From Octopus sinensis (taxonomy: Eukaryota): DNA of 19,790 nucleotides. The stretch spans positions 1-19,790 of the forward strand of contig NW_021824188.1 in the NCBI RefSeq assembly GCF_006345805.1. The letters run 5' to 3'. Positions within the stretch are counted from its first letter, which is position 1. Each line of letters starts with the position of its first letter. This document shows positions 1 to 9,300 of the stretch, piece by piece. The translations under genes and the position numbers were made by a program. The notes below the pieces were generated by a model. It did no database searches. It was not told the DNA's origin and saw only the letters and a program-made list of their open reading frames with translations.

Positions 1-521
1 TATATATATACATAACGTATACATACATAAATATATGTATATATATACATGTGTATATACACATGTATATATGAGCACAGGGCAACACGGAACGTAAACA
101 CCATGAAAAAATAAAATACGAAAACATGGAATACGTACTATGTTTGTACGTGCTATGTATGTATGTATGTATGGGCTTATGCGTCTGTGTGTGCTCATGT
201 GTGCGTGCTCATGTGTGTGTGTGTGTGTGTGTGTGCGTGTGTGTGTGCACGTGTATGTATCTATCTATGTTTCTTTATGTCTTTATATTAGTCATTTCTA
301 CTGTCTGAAACTTTATCTGTCAGTCGATGAATCTAAAGGTTTCCTCTCGCTCACTCCGAACGGCACATATGTGTATACGTATATATGTGCATGCACATTC
401 TTACATACATACATACATGCATACATACATACATACATACATACATACACACACACATGCATACATACATACATACATACATACATACATACATACATTC
501 ATACATACATACATACATACA

Positions 522-555
<34 letters not shown>

Positions 556-790
556 CATACATACATACATACATGCATACATATATACATACACGTACAT
601 ACATAGGTATATACATACATATATGTGTGTGTACATATTTGTATATATATATATACAGAGATACAGAAAAAGAGACGTTGACAGAGACATAAGAATACAC
701 ACATATACATAATTAGTAAACCTGAATATATATAAATGTAGGAATTTTTGCGTTCATATACACACACACACATGTGTGTTTATATGTGTG
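1..790. repeat. Compound microsatellite block: (TG)n, (ACAT)n, (TA)n
   Basis: (TG)n at ~213-246 and long (ACAT)n at ~404-600; source of the spurious THTYI/MYVC ORFs. Confidence 0.95.
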
Positions 791-1163
791 TGTGTTTGCG
801 AGTTGTTTTACTGTATGTATATACATTATACTGTAAATAATTCACATATATTCTGTAAATTTATAACGTTAATTGCTACATAGTCGATTTAATTCAATCA
901 CATCTATTTTAATTTGGTACGAGGGCGATAAAGTTAATTGAAATACAGTAGATCTCTAAGCAACTATATTATGAAATAAGCCCATTACGAAAGACGTAAA
1001 TCAGAGCTACAGATACATGAAAGAGTTTTAATTAATTAGTTATCTGCTGTACGGCTTAATGTTATCTACGTATATTTTATGAAATCTGATTGATAGCGCT
1101 ACGAAAAGATATTAATATATATATTTTTTTTTAATATGGAACACAGATATGGCTAACCTCAGA

Positions 1164-1320
1164 CAATAAAATAAATGCGTCCTTTTAAAGCCTAGCCAGG
1201 CTCATGGACCCGGTTTCCCGGTTTCAAAGGCGTATGTGTTCTCCAGCTGGCCCAGGAATCGAAAACACAATCTTGCGATCATGATAGTGACTCCCTAACC
1301 ACTAAGTCACGCACCTCCAC
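1164..1320 (-). mobile_element. tRNA-derived SINE family 2, internally deleted copy (left unit of dimer)
   Basis: Near-identical to 1324-1576 but lacks ~105 bp of the centre (ccagctgg joins directly to cccaggaatc). Minus strand has an A-box-like head and GTTTCGATTCC B-box; (TTATT)n-type tail at the left end. Confidence 0.85.
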
Positions 1321-1323
1321 TAA

Positions 1324-1576
1324 ATAAATGCGCCCTTTTAAAGCCTAGTCAGGCTCATAGGCCCGGTTTCCCGGTTTCTATAGCGCATGTGCTCCCCAGC
1401 TGGACGGGACGCCAGTCCATCGCAGCGTAACTCATTTTTGCCAGCTGAGTGGACTGGAGCAACGTGAAATGAAGTGTTTTGCTCAAGAACACAATGCGTC
1501 GCCCGGTCCAGGAATCAAAACCACAATCTTGCGATCATGATGCTGACACCCTAACCACTAAGCTACGCGCATCCAC
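1324..1576 (-). mobile_element. tRNA-derived SINE family 2, full-length copy
   Basis: Minus strand reads gtggatgcgcgtagcttagtggttagggtg (A-box) ... ggttttgattcc (B-box-like), then a central domain (cttgagcaaaacacttcatttcacgttgctccagtccactcagctgg) and an AT tail. Matches octopus SINE sequence as I recall it. Confidence 0.88.
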
Positions 1577-1911
1577 AACCTCAGAGAAGTATCAGTAATA
1601 TTTTGAGGAGGTATCGCAGGAGTCTCTAGATTACTTGTTAAGGTTATCTGTACAGATTATTAAATAAGTTCTCAACACTCATCATACTCGGAGAGAAGTC
1701 AAAAGTATATCTCATTTAAGATAAAAGCGATGTTCATGACTGGAAGGCTTTTTTATGAAATGCCTATTGAACTTACTGTAAAAGTAGTTGCTTAGTTATG
1801 TATACCGATAAACTTTCGTATCAATTTAGAGATGTCTGACGTTGTCTTGGGTGTTGGTGCATACATGATGATTAATCTTCTTCAAGTCAGACCGGCTGTT
1901 TCAAATTGAAA

Positions 1912-1955
1912 AATATTACGAGCATGATATTTTGTAATATCATGCTTGTAATATT
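1912..1955. other. Near-perfect 20-bp hairpin with 4-nt loop
   Basis: aatattacgagcatgatatt (1912-1931) pairs with aatatcatgcttgtaatatt (1936-1955); one G.T wobble. Confidence 0.9.
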
Positions 1956-1957
1956 GA

Positions 1958-2115
1958 GGAGTGGCTGTGTGGTAAGTAGCTTGTTTACCAACCACATGGT
2001 TCCGGGTTCAGTCCCACTGCGTGGCACCTTGGGCAAGTGTCTTCTACTATAACCTCGGGCCGACCAGAGCCTTGTGAGTGGATTTGGTTTACGGAAACTG
2101 AAAAGAAGCCCGTCG

Positions 2116-2149
<34 letters not shown>

Positions 2150-2380
2150 GCATGTGTGTGTTGGTGTAGCTGTGTTTGTCCCCCTAGCATTGCTTGACAA
2201 CCGATGCTGGTGTGTTTATGTCCCCGTTACTTAGCGGTTCGGCAAAAAAGACCGATAGAGTAAGTACTGGGCTTACAAAAGAATAAATCCCGTGGTCGAT
2301 TTGCTCGATCAAATGCGGTGCTCCAGCATGGCCGCAGTCAAATGACTGAAACAAGTAAAAGAGTAAAAGAGTAAAGAGAG
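1958..2380 (+). mobile_element. tRNA-derived SINE family 1, full copy with internal (TA)n/(TG)n
   Basis: Head ggagtggctgtgtggtaag (A-box), ggttcagtccc (B-box), CORE-like cttgggcaagtgtctt, 3' domain cttagcggttcggcaaaa...gcggtgctccagcatggccgcag, (GAGTAAAA)n tail. Homologous to 11922, 13224 and 16113. Confidence 0.92.
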
Positions 2381-2387
2381 TATGATT

Positions 2388-2468
2388 CTGTGGTTAAAGA
2401 AATCCCCTTTGCAGCCACGTGGTTTCCGTTTCAATCCCGATGAGGGAGACACAGAGAACAAGTCTCGT
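2388..2468 (+). mobile_element. Degenerate SINE head related to family 1
   Basis: gtggttaaagaaatcccctttgcagccacgtggtttccgtttcaatccc aligns loosely to the family 1 head. Confidence 0.5.
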
Positions 2469-3585
2469 TCCTCGAATTTTATGCATCCGTTGAAGGATCG
2501 CAAGTTTTTCAAGAGAACATAATGAACATTCACATGTTCATTATATCCTCAAACATGTGAGAAACAGAAAAGGGAATTCACGAGACACTTTACGCAAGAC
2601 CCCCTACCATCGTTCCAACTCATCAATCAGCCCTTACTTTACAGGTGAGATGCCATACTATCAATTATCATTCATCATAGGTGCAGATGATGCGTCTCCT
2701 TGGGTGTTTTTTTCTAATAAGTACCCCGATTTTTTTTTTTACTTGCAAGTTTGCTTATTTCTATAACAATGCATTTTAGTAATCGAAGCATTCTGTCGCC
2801 ATTACTGAACTGAGATAGAATAAAAGAATGTTTCTCGTATAAATAATGAAATGAAGTATATAAGAATAAAAGAATAAAGATTGATAAAATATAATTAAAA
2901 TTAAAATCAATTAAAACGTAATATACCGATAATAAGAAAAAACATAAAATATGCATTCCATTAAAATAAAACTAATAATAAATACAATTAGGGTTTTATA
3001 TATTAATCTATATATTTCATCAATTAGAACCTCCAAAGAATATCTGTTCGCATTTCAAGAAATACATCTTGTCTGAATTTAGATGTAGACATTTAATAAA
3101 CCATTAACAGCTTGGTTACAGCTGCGTATTACTGTAAAGTTGGTTATCTCCCTTGTATTTTTTCTTTCTGTTTTCCACTTTACCGGCATCTCTTCTTTAA
3201 TCGTTATCAACTCAAATGTTTACCGACAAACGGTCTTTTTTACAGTTTGAAAAATGACGAAATAAATAATTTCGACCAGGAAACCCTCGGTAGATGTATG
3301 TAAAAAAATTTTTGTATTTAGTCATTACACGCACAAACACACACACACACACGCACACACACACATATATATGTAAAGGTATGTGAGGTATTGGTATCCA
3401 GAAGACCCAAGGTGGCAGCCACCGCTATTCAAGTGAAAGGGAAGTACCGCAGTTAAACTCTTGGTTCCATAATGATACGAGTGAAAAGTCTAATGCGGGT
3501 CTCGTATGACCATGTATGTTAAATAAAATGAGACGAAAATTCCACACACCCTCTAGTATTTTGCTCATTTATTTAACCATATATG

Positions 3586-3587
<2 letters not shown>

Positions 3588-3671
<84 letters not shown>

Positions 3672-3675
3672 TATA
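3588..3675. repeat. (TA)n microsatellite
   Basis: Direct inspection. Confidence 0.97.
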
Positions 3676-3800
3676 TTAAATTAGAGATAAAACCACTATT
3701 AGGCAAATCATACAATGAAAAACTTAACCCAATACGTAAGATTAATTAATTTATATTATTTAAATATATATCAATAATTATTAAAAAGTAATTAATATAA

Positions 3801-3865
3801 CACTACGATCGTTTCATGGCTGTTCAATTCTTAAAATTTTTTAGTTACAGTCATTCATCAGGTGG
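3801..3865 (-). ncRNA. Type I hammerhead ribozyme motif (Penelope-type, minimal helix III)
   Basis: Minus strand: CAC-CUGAUGA-AUG(A)CUGU...ACAG(C)CAU-GAAA-C-GAUC-G-UA-GUG. Complete core, 7-bp helix II with one mismatch, helix III closed by a palindromic GAUC tetraloop, GUA cleavage triplet, helix I CAC/GUG. Confidence 0.75.
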
Positions 3866-3919
3866 TTTAAATATTTAACTTGGTGAGGTTTAATCAAGAT
3901 AAATATTTAAATATTTAAA

Positions 3920-3984
3920 CCACCTGAAGAATGACTGTAACTCGAAAATTTTAAGAATTGAACAGCCATGAAACGATGGTAGTG
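3920..3984 (+). ncRNA. Type I hammerhead ribozyme motif (inverted partner copy)
   Basis: CAC-CUGAAGA-AUG(A)CUGU...ACAG(C)CAU-GAAA-C-GAUG-G-UA-GUG. Core fits CUGANGA/GAAA/NUH; the loop III palindrome is broken (GAUG). Confidence 0.7.
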
Positions 3985-4217
3985 TTATATTAATTATATT
4001 AATTATCTTTTTAATTATCTTTTAATAATTTTGATATATATTTAAATAATATAAATTAATTAATCTTATGTATTGGCTTAAGTTTTTCATTGTATGATTT
4101 GCCTAATAGTGGTTTTATCTCTAATTTAATATAATATAATATTTTACTATAAAATTGGATTCAATCCTAAATCTGATTTTTCCCTGTAAGTTTGGAATTA
4201 TTCCCTAATATTTTATT

Positions 4218-4223
4218 ATATAT

Positions 4224-4268
<45 letters not shown>

Positions 4269-4303
4269 ATACGGGTGTGTATATATAGATATATATATAT
4301 ATA
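4218..4303. repeat. Interrupted (TA)n microsatellite
   Basis: Direct inspection. Confidence 0.9.
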
Positions 4304-4367
4304 TTACGATTGCGGGTATATACCTCGCAGTCAAAAATTGTGAAGCATGATTGTCACCACTACTACA

Positions 4368-4412
4368 TGAACCTGAAGATTGCAGAATTTAATGCATGAA
4401 AGTACTAGTTCA
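4368..4412 (+). ncRNA. Minimal type I hammerhead ribozyme motif
   Basis: UGAAC-CUGAAGA-U-UGCA-GAAUUUAA-UGCA-U-GAAA-GUAC-UA-GUUCA. 5-bp helix I, 4-bp helix II (U.U mismatch at its base), 1-bp helix III with palindromic GUAC loop, CUA triplet. Confidence 0.7.
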
Positions 4413-4721
4413 ATCAGAATAAAATTTAACATTCTATTATTTTATTCTATTATATATATTATATATATTATATTATATTATATATTATAAGATTGTAAAT
4501 AAAACGTGAAATCAGACAAGGTTGGAATTCCTTTATAATTAATAATATATATATATATAATATATATATATAATATATATATATATAAAGTGTACATTTA
4601 AACACATACGAGTTATCCGTCATAGGATTCCTTGCACGCTACAAGGAACAGCTACAATACAAACCACTATTAGGGATAAACTTCGAAGGGATTGGAAAAA
4701 AAAAAAACATTTACCATCTAA

Positions 4722-4801
4722 CGCCTGGACCAATGGTTTCAGAATTGTTTTTAGGAAATGAAATAATTGGCTAGGTGAAATCTGAAGCCATGGTCCAGGT
4801 G
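4722..4801 (+). other. Inverted repeat: ~21-bp stem with 37-nt spacer
   Basis: cgcctggaccaatggtttcaga (4722-4743) pairs with tctgaagccatggtccaggtg (4781-4801); one bulge and two G.T wobbles on the plus strand. Confidence 0.8.
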
Positions 4802-4944
4802 ATAAACACCAAAGATTCATCCATAATATATATAAACGATGGGTAATTTTAAATGGCTTCTTTTAGAAAATTGTCCATCCTCTAAGATTCCTCTAATGAC
4901 AAACGTAAGTATACATACTGATACACATAACCATTTCAATCCTA

Positions 4945-5098
4945 TTTTTGCTTTCTTTTTTAGTTTTTCTCTTCCTCTTTGCTTCTTTCGCCCTTCGTCT
5001 CACCATCTCAGTGTCTCTTCGTCTCTCGTTCTTCGTTTTTCTCTCCCGCTTTGCTTCTTTCGCCCTTTATTTCACCATCTTACTGTCACTTCGTCTCT

Positions 5099-5130
<32 letters not shown>

Positions 5131-5560
5131 TTCTATATCACTTCGTCTCTCGTTCTTAGTCTCTCTCCCTCTTTCTTTCTGTCGCCGTTTGTGTCACCAT
5201 CTCACTGTTTCTCCGTCGCTCACTCTGTGTCCCTACGTCTCTCCTCTCTCGTTCTGAGTCTCTGTCTCTCTCTCGCTCTCGCTTTCTCTATTTCTCTCAC
5301 TCTGTGACTCACTAACTCTTTAGTTTTGTGATTCTCCGCCTCTACCTCTGTATCTCTGATTCTCGTTGTGTGTCTCTCGCATTAAATGTGTGTGTCTCTG
5401 TCTCGAACTCTCCTTCTCTGTCTCATTCTCTCTGTCTCATTCTCTCTGTCTCATTCTCTCTGTCTCATTCTCTCTGCCTCTTTGTGTCTCGCTCTATGTC
5501 TCCTTCCTTTTACTCTCTTACTCACTCTCACTCTGAATATCTCGGTCTGTCTCTGTATTT
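4945..5560. repeat. CT-rich low-complexity tract with nested degenerate repeats
   Basis: A ~50-nt motif (tttgcttctttcgccc...caccatct...cttcgtctctc) recurs near 4978, 5050 and, more diverged, 5173; (CT)n near 5095-5120; 14-mer ctctgtctcattct x4 near 5416-5475. Confidence 0.9.
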
Positions 5561-5869
5561 TGTTCGCTCATCGTCTTTCGATCATTTCCATATATAATAC
5601 ACTATTTTCTATATTCATTGTTTTGCACTTTTGTTTGTGTTGCCTTCGTGTATAGATAAATTCCTCAAATATATATATATGATCGACATTCTTCTTGTTG
5701 CAGATTTCCTGCTAGTTTGTCCATAATTAGCAGATCTGTACGTGCCAAATTCCTTATTTATAAAACGTTTTCAGAAACACAACAACAGCAAAAATAGTAA
5801 AGAAAATCAAAAAAAAAAAAGCACATTAAGCAAAATGAAAACATCTAAATACACACAGAAAATTAAAAC

Positions 5870-5871
<2 letters not shown>

Positions 5872-5908
<37 letters not shown>
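5872..5908. repeat. (TA)n microsatellite
   Basis: Direct inspection. Confidence 0.95.
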
Positions 5909-5911
<3 letters not shown>

Positions 5912-6492
5912 CGTGAAAATAAAACAAATAACACATCTCCATTCAGACTTGTTTATATCAACCTAAATCTTCCTCGGAAATTTAGCTTAGAACTAAAAAT
6001 AACGTGTCAGAAATAAAATAAAGGAAAATATACGTGAAATTATGACGCGCACATATAAAAGCTTATATATAAATACAAACATGTATGCAGAAATAGTCTT
6101 AAAACAACACGCGTATATAGATAGATGTAGGAATGATAGCTAAACGGATGGATAGATGGAGAGACAGATATGCATGATGAAAATAGAAGCAAAAGTAGGG
6201 GAAAATAATAGAAGAGAATGTGTGGTAAACATAAGAAAAAGGGGAAAACAGAATGTAGAAAGCAATCTGAATAAGTGGAATTTTCGGCTGTGGTTTTATT
6301 TGTGTATAAAATCTGTTTTGCGTTCGTTGTGTTGGTAAGAAATGAAGATCTGAAATAGATTGAAAGATACAATTGATCTGGCAGTAGCTGATAGGGAAAC
6401 GCAGACATGTGGAAATAGAAGGAAATGTGTGAATAAGACAACAAATAAAGACAGCGATGACAATACTCGACGATTACGATAACAGCATAAAC

Positions 6493-6538
6493 AATAATAA
6501 TAATGATGATGATGATAATAATAATAATAATAATAATA

Positions 6539-6586
<48 letters not shown>

Positions 6587-6597
6587 TAATAATAATA
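6493..6597. repeat. (AAT)n/(GAT)n trinucleotide microsatellite
   Basis: Direct inspection; explains the poly-N/I/L/Y ORFs. Confidence 0.97.
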
Positions 6598-6916
6598 AGT
6601 AAAGCTTCAGTTTTACTGACAGCAATACCGAAGGTAGGAAAGACAACATTTAACAAAAAGAGTAAAAAAAACCGAAACCACGAAAATGCGTAAAAACGCA
6701 TTGGAAATGGTAGATTCTTTATAGTCACCATGTGAAAATGTATTCTGTCTCTGTCTGTCTCTCTCTTTCTTTCTATATTTCTACTGCCTGTTCGTCTATC
6801 TGTCTGTTTTCTATATCTATCTATCTATCTATCTCTTTTTTTTACCCCCAAAAGAAAAGCTCTACCTTGTAATTTGACCTGTCTGTGTGCAGTCCTGTGT
6901 GGCTAATAAAGAAACA

Positions 6917-6956
<40 letters not shown>

Positions 6957-7128
6957 AACCTATCTATCTATCATCTATCTATCTATCTACCTACCTATCT
7001 ATCTATCTTTCTATCTATCTATCTATCTATCCATCTACATATCTATCTATCTATCTACCTGTTTTCTTTCTATATATCTATCCATCTATCTATCTATTTA
7101 TCTATATATCTAGTTATCCATCAATCTG

Positions 7129-7216
<88 letters not shown>

Positions 7217-7238
7217 CTTATCTATCTATCTATCTATC
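6917..7238. repeat. (TATC)n tetranucleotide microsatellite
   Basis: Direct inspection; explains the IYLS-repeat ORFs. Confidence 0.97.
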
Positions 7239-7464
7239 CAGCTAGCTGACTGTCGATCCGTATATTTGTAACTCCTACTAAACTCTTATGCTTTTTCTGC
7301 CTTCACATTTGTATATACATTTTGATAGATGGAAATTTGGCACTTTAGTGGATTGAATAATTAGGCTATAAAGGTTTGAAATTCTTGAAGACAGTTGCAG
7401 ATTTGTCCAGTGTTTTCTGCATATTAATTACTCATTTCTAATCACTATGACTGTTACATCCCAG

Positions 7465-7572
7465 CTGCTTGCTGTGAGCAATTTTCAGTGTCTGGCCATC
7501 CAAGTGGCCTTAATTTCACTGCTTGGTTTCAGCGATTTCCAGCTTTTAGCCATCCAAATGGCCTTATTTTTG
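7465..7572. repeat. Two-copy 54-bp direct repeat
   Basis: 7465-7518 versus 7519-7572: about 41/54 identical, no indels. Confidence 0.85.
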
Positions 7573-7651
7573 CGTTGCTTCCCAGATAATGGTAACGATT
7601 TACGTCATTTTTGCTGATATGTAAAAGAAGTACGGCACACTGGCTTATAAC

Positions 7652-7863
7652 CTAATCGCTGTACATATCTGCTTTATAACCATGACGTCTCCAGTTGAAT
7701 TCTTGGATAAAGTGGTACCATTCAGCAATGTACTTCGTTTCGTTGTTGCTCCATACCACCCAGCTATAAATTACCTCATAAGGTCGAGGGTGTACCCGTC
7801 CTTCACTCCAGTTGTTACCTCTGGGTTCTTCTGTTTTTAGCGTCATTGTAATTCGCGACTCAC
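7652..7863 (-). CDS. Possible terminal coding exon, unknown protein: (G)ESRITMTLKTEEPRGNNWSEGRVHPRPYEVIYSWVVWSNNETKYIAEWYHFIQEFNWRRHGYKADMYSD*
   Basis: 70 open codons in non-repetitive, GC-elevated sequence starting right after a ttttag acceptor (phase 1); W/Y-rich protein-like composition. No family recognised; weak polypyrimidine tract. Confidence 0.35.
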
Positions 7864-7904
7864 CTAAAAATCCTGAGCAAAACCATGGTACATGTTAGCA
7901 AGCT

Positions 7905-8036
7905 AGACTGGCTGTGAATCAGCGGATTGCTATAGTGTACTCTAACTGTACTGCGTTTATGGGAAAAGCCAGACTCGCTGCTAATCAGAGGATTGCTATA
8001 CTGTACTTGCACTGTGCTGCGTTTCAGGGAAATCTA
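7905..8036. repeat. Two-copy 66-bp direct repeat
   Basis: 7905-7970 versus 7971-8036: about 51 of the first 62 nt identical, no indels. Confidence 0.88.
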
Positions 8037-8097
8037 TTGTAATTAGCAAAATTATATGAATGAAGAAATACACTAAAATAAACTAAAAACAACTAAA

Positions 8098-8103
8098 TTT
8101 AAT
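8098..8103 (-). promoter_or_regulatory. Candidate polyadenylation signal ATTAAA
   Basis: About 85 nt downstream of the stop at 8186 on the minus strand, followed by a U/GU-rich tract (tttagttgtttttagtttattttagtg). Confidence 0.3.
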
Positions 8104-8185
8104 TAAATTATGAATAAGTCTCGTTGTGTGAAATTCCCCATACGGAGGTGCAATTGCATGTGCAGAAGATCAAAAGTGAAGAAAG

Positions 8186-8335
8186 TTAGTTGCAAAAGTA
8201 CATGGCCTCCACGTCGAGATTCCCATCTTCGTCGTAGTACGTGTACTTCCGCAGATGATTACATATAACCCTATTGGCCAGATTTTTGTTGACGTCAATA
8301 ATTAATTTGTAAAATCTGGTTTTTACGAAACTTTT
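8186..8335 (-). CDS. Probable terminal coding exon: KSFVKTRFYKLIIDVNKNLANRVICNHLRKYTYYDEDGNLDVEAMYFCN*
   Basis: Strong acceptor ttttcttttctcttctacttcag. Only the phase-0 frame is open (49 codons to TAA); the other two frames stop within 13 codons. CpG-elevated relative to flanks. Confidence 0.5.
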   Translation of the reverse strand, partial: KSFVKTRFYKLIIDVNKNLANRVICNHLRKYTYYDEDGNLDVEAMYFCN

Positions 8336-9223
8336 CTGAAGTAGAAGAGAAAAGAAAATCCTAGATCCTGTTTAAAATTAAAAGAGAGGCATTCTAGAAA
8401 CAATTTATTACAGTTCTTAGTGTCTACAGTCTATAACTTTACGCGCTTTCAACCAAATAACTATCTGAAGGTGATAGTAGATTTGCTTTTTTTTTAATTT
8501 TGATTTAATTTCTTCCTCATGCTCCCAAGAAAATCACTAAAAAAAACAAAGAAATTGAAAGATAACTAGCCTCTTTAATTTTGCATAAAACCCAAAATTA
8601 TATCCACGAAATTCTTCGCTATTTTGAATTTATTTTATATGTTTTTTTTTTATTTGTTTCTGATGGAGTATATTAGTAACATTAAGATATACTTGGAGAC
8701 AGAATGAAGAGGAGAAACTTCATAATACAATGGATGAGACGGATAAGTCGGACACACGATATACAAGTTTATTGAGATAATATATACGCTAGTTATATCT
8801 GCATATTAAATATAATATGGCATAGATAAGACTAATGCCGAGCAAAGTGAAACGAGGAAGAATAAACAATGAATAATAAGACACAATCAAAAGAGAGAAA
8901 TAATAAATTAACCATTCCTTGGCGTTTGATGAGTGTCATCAATAATATTAACATATTTTGCGAAGCAGCTACGGCAAACGAAATTGCAGTGATACACTAG
9001 AACTTAACCTATTTATACACTGGATATTATATTTGTAAATGGCTACCGTAGATTACAAAATTATATGGCAGCCATTAATGCTGCCTCTCAAACTGTTTAA
9101 AAGCATTTGATCAATGAAATAGTAAGACACTTAACTTAGTTTTCTTAAGATACTGCATTATAATTTAAACAAGTAAAATTTTAATGTAGACTAGCAGTAA
9201 AGTAGTAAAGACGTAAAGGGTAA

Positions 9224-9300
9224 TGGATATCGTTTAGGTATGTTCTGCTAATGATCATAAAATTCTAGGTTCGTTTCCACGCAGGCTTGGTGAGATGTTT
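9224..9300 (+). mobile_element. Highly decayed tRNA-like SINE head
   Basis: atgatcataaaattctaggttcgtttcc resembles the family 2 head (atgatcgcaagattgtggttttgattcc) including a B-box. Confidence 0.4.

Larger units (their letters stand above)
3672..4133. mobile_element. 460-bp foldback: two inverted ~210-230-bp arms, probably inverted Penelope-like pLTR fragments
   Basis: Arm 3672-3878 is the reverse complement of 3907-4133 with few substitutions and a ~20-bp slippage expansion in the right arm; 28-nt spacer; flanked by TA-rich sequence; each arm contains a hammerhead motif. Confidence 0.8.

Noticed and set aside
126-773. Overlapping ORFs of 60-190 aa
   Set aside because: Translations of (ACAT)n/(TG)n repeats, which lack stop codons in most frames; the same applies to ORFs at 6296-7271, 10100-10574, 12848-13397 and 14780-15433.
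917-945. tacgagggcgataaag resembling a mariner TIR start
   Set aside because: No convincing inverted partner or transposase remnant nearby.
1887-2533. Recurring peptides such as TCPRCHAVGLNPEPCGW and GYSRRHLPKVPRSGTEP (also at 11956 and 15913)
   Set aside because: Antisense translations of SINE family 1, not a protein family.
4945-6460. Pairing between the CT-rich tract and the GA-rich tract at 6120-6460
   Set aside because: Only compositional complementarity; no specific aligned segment found.
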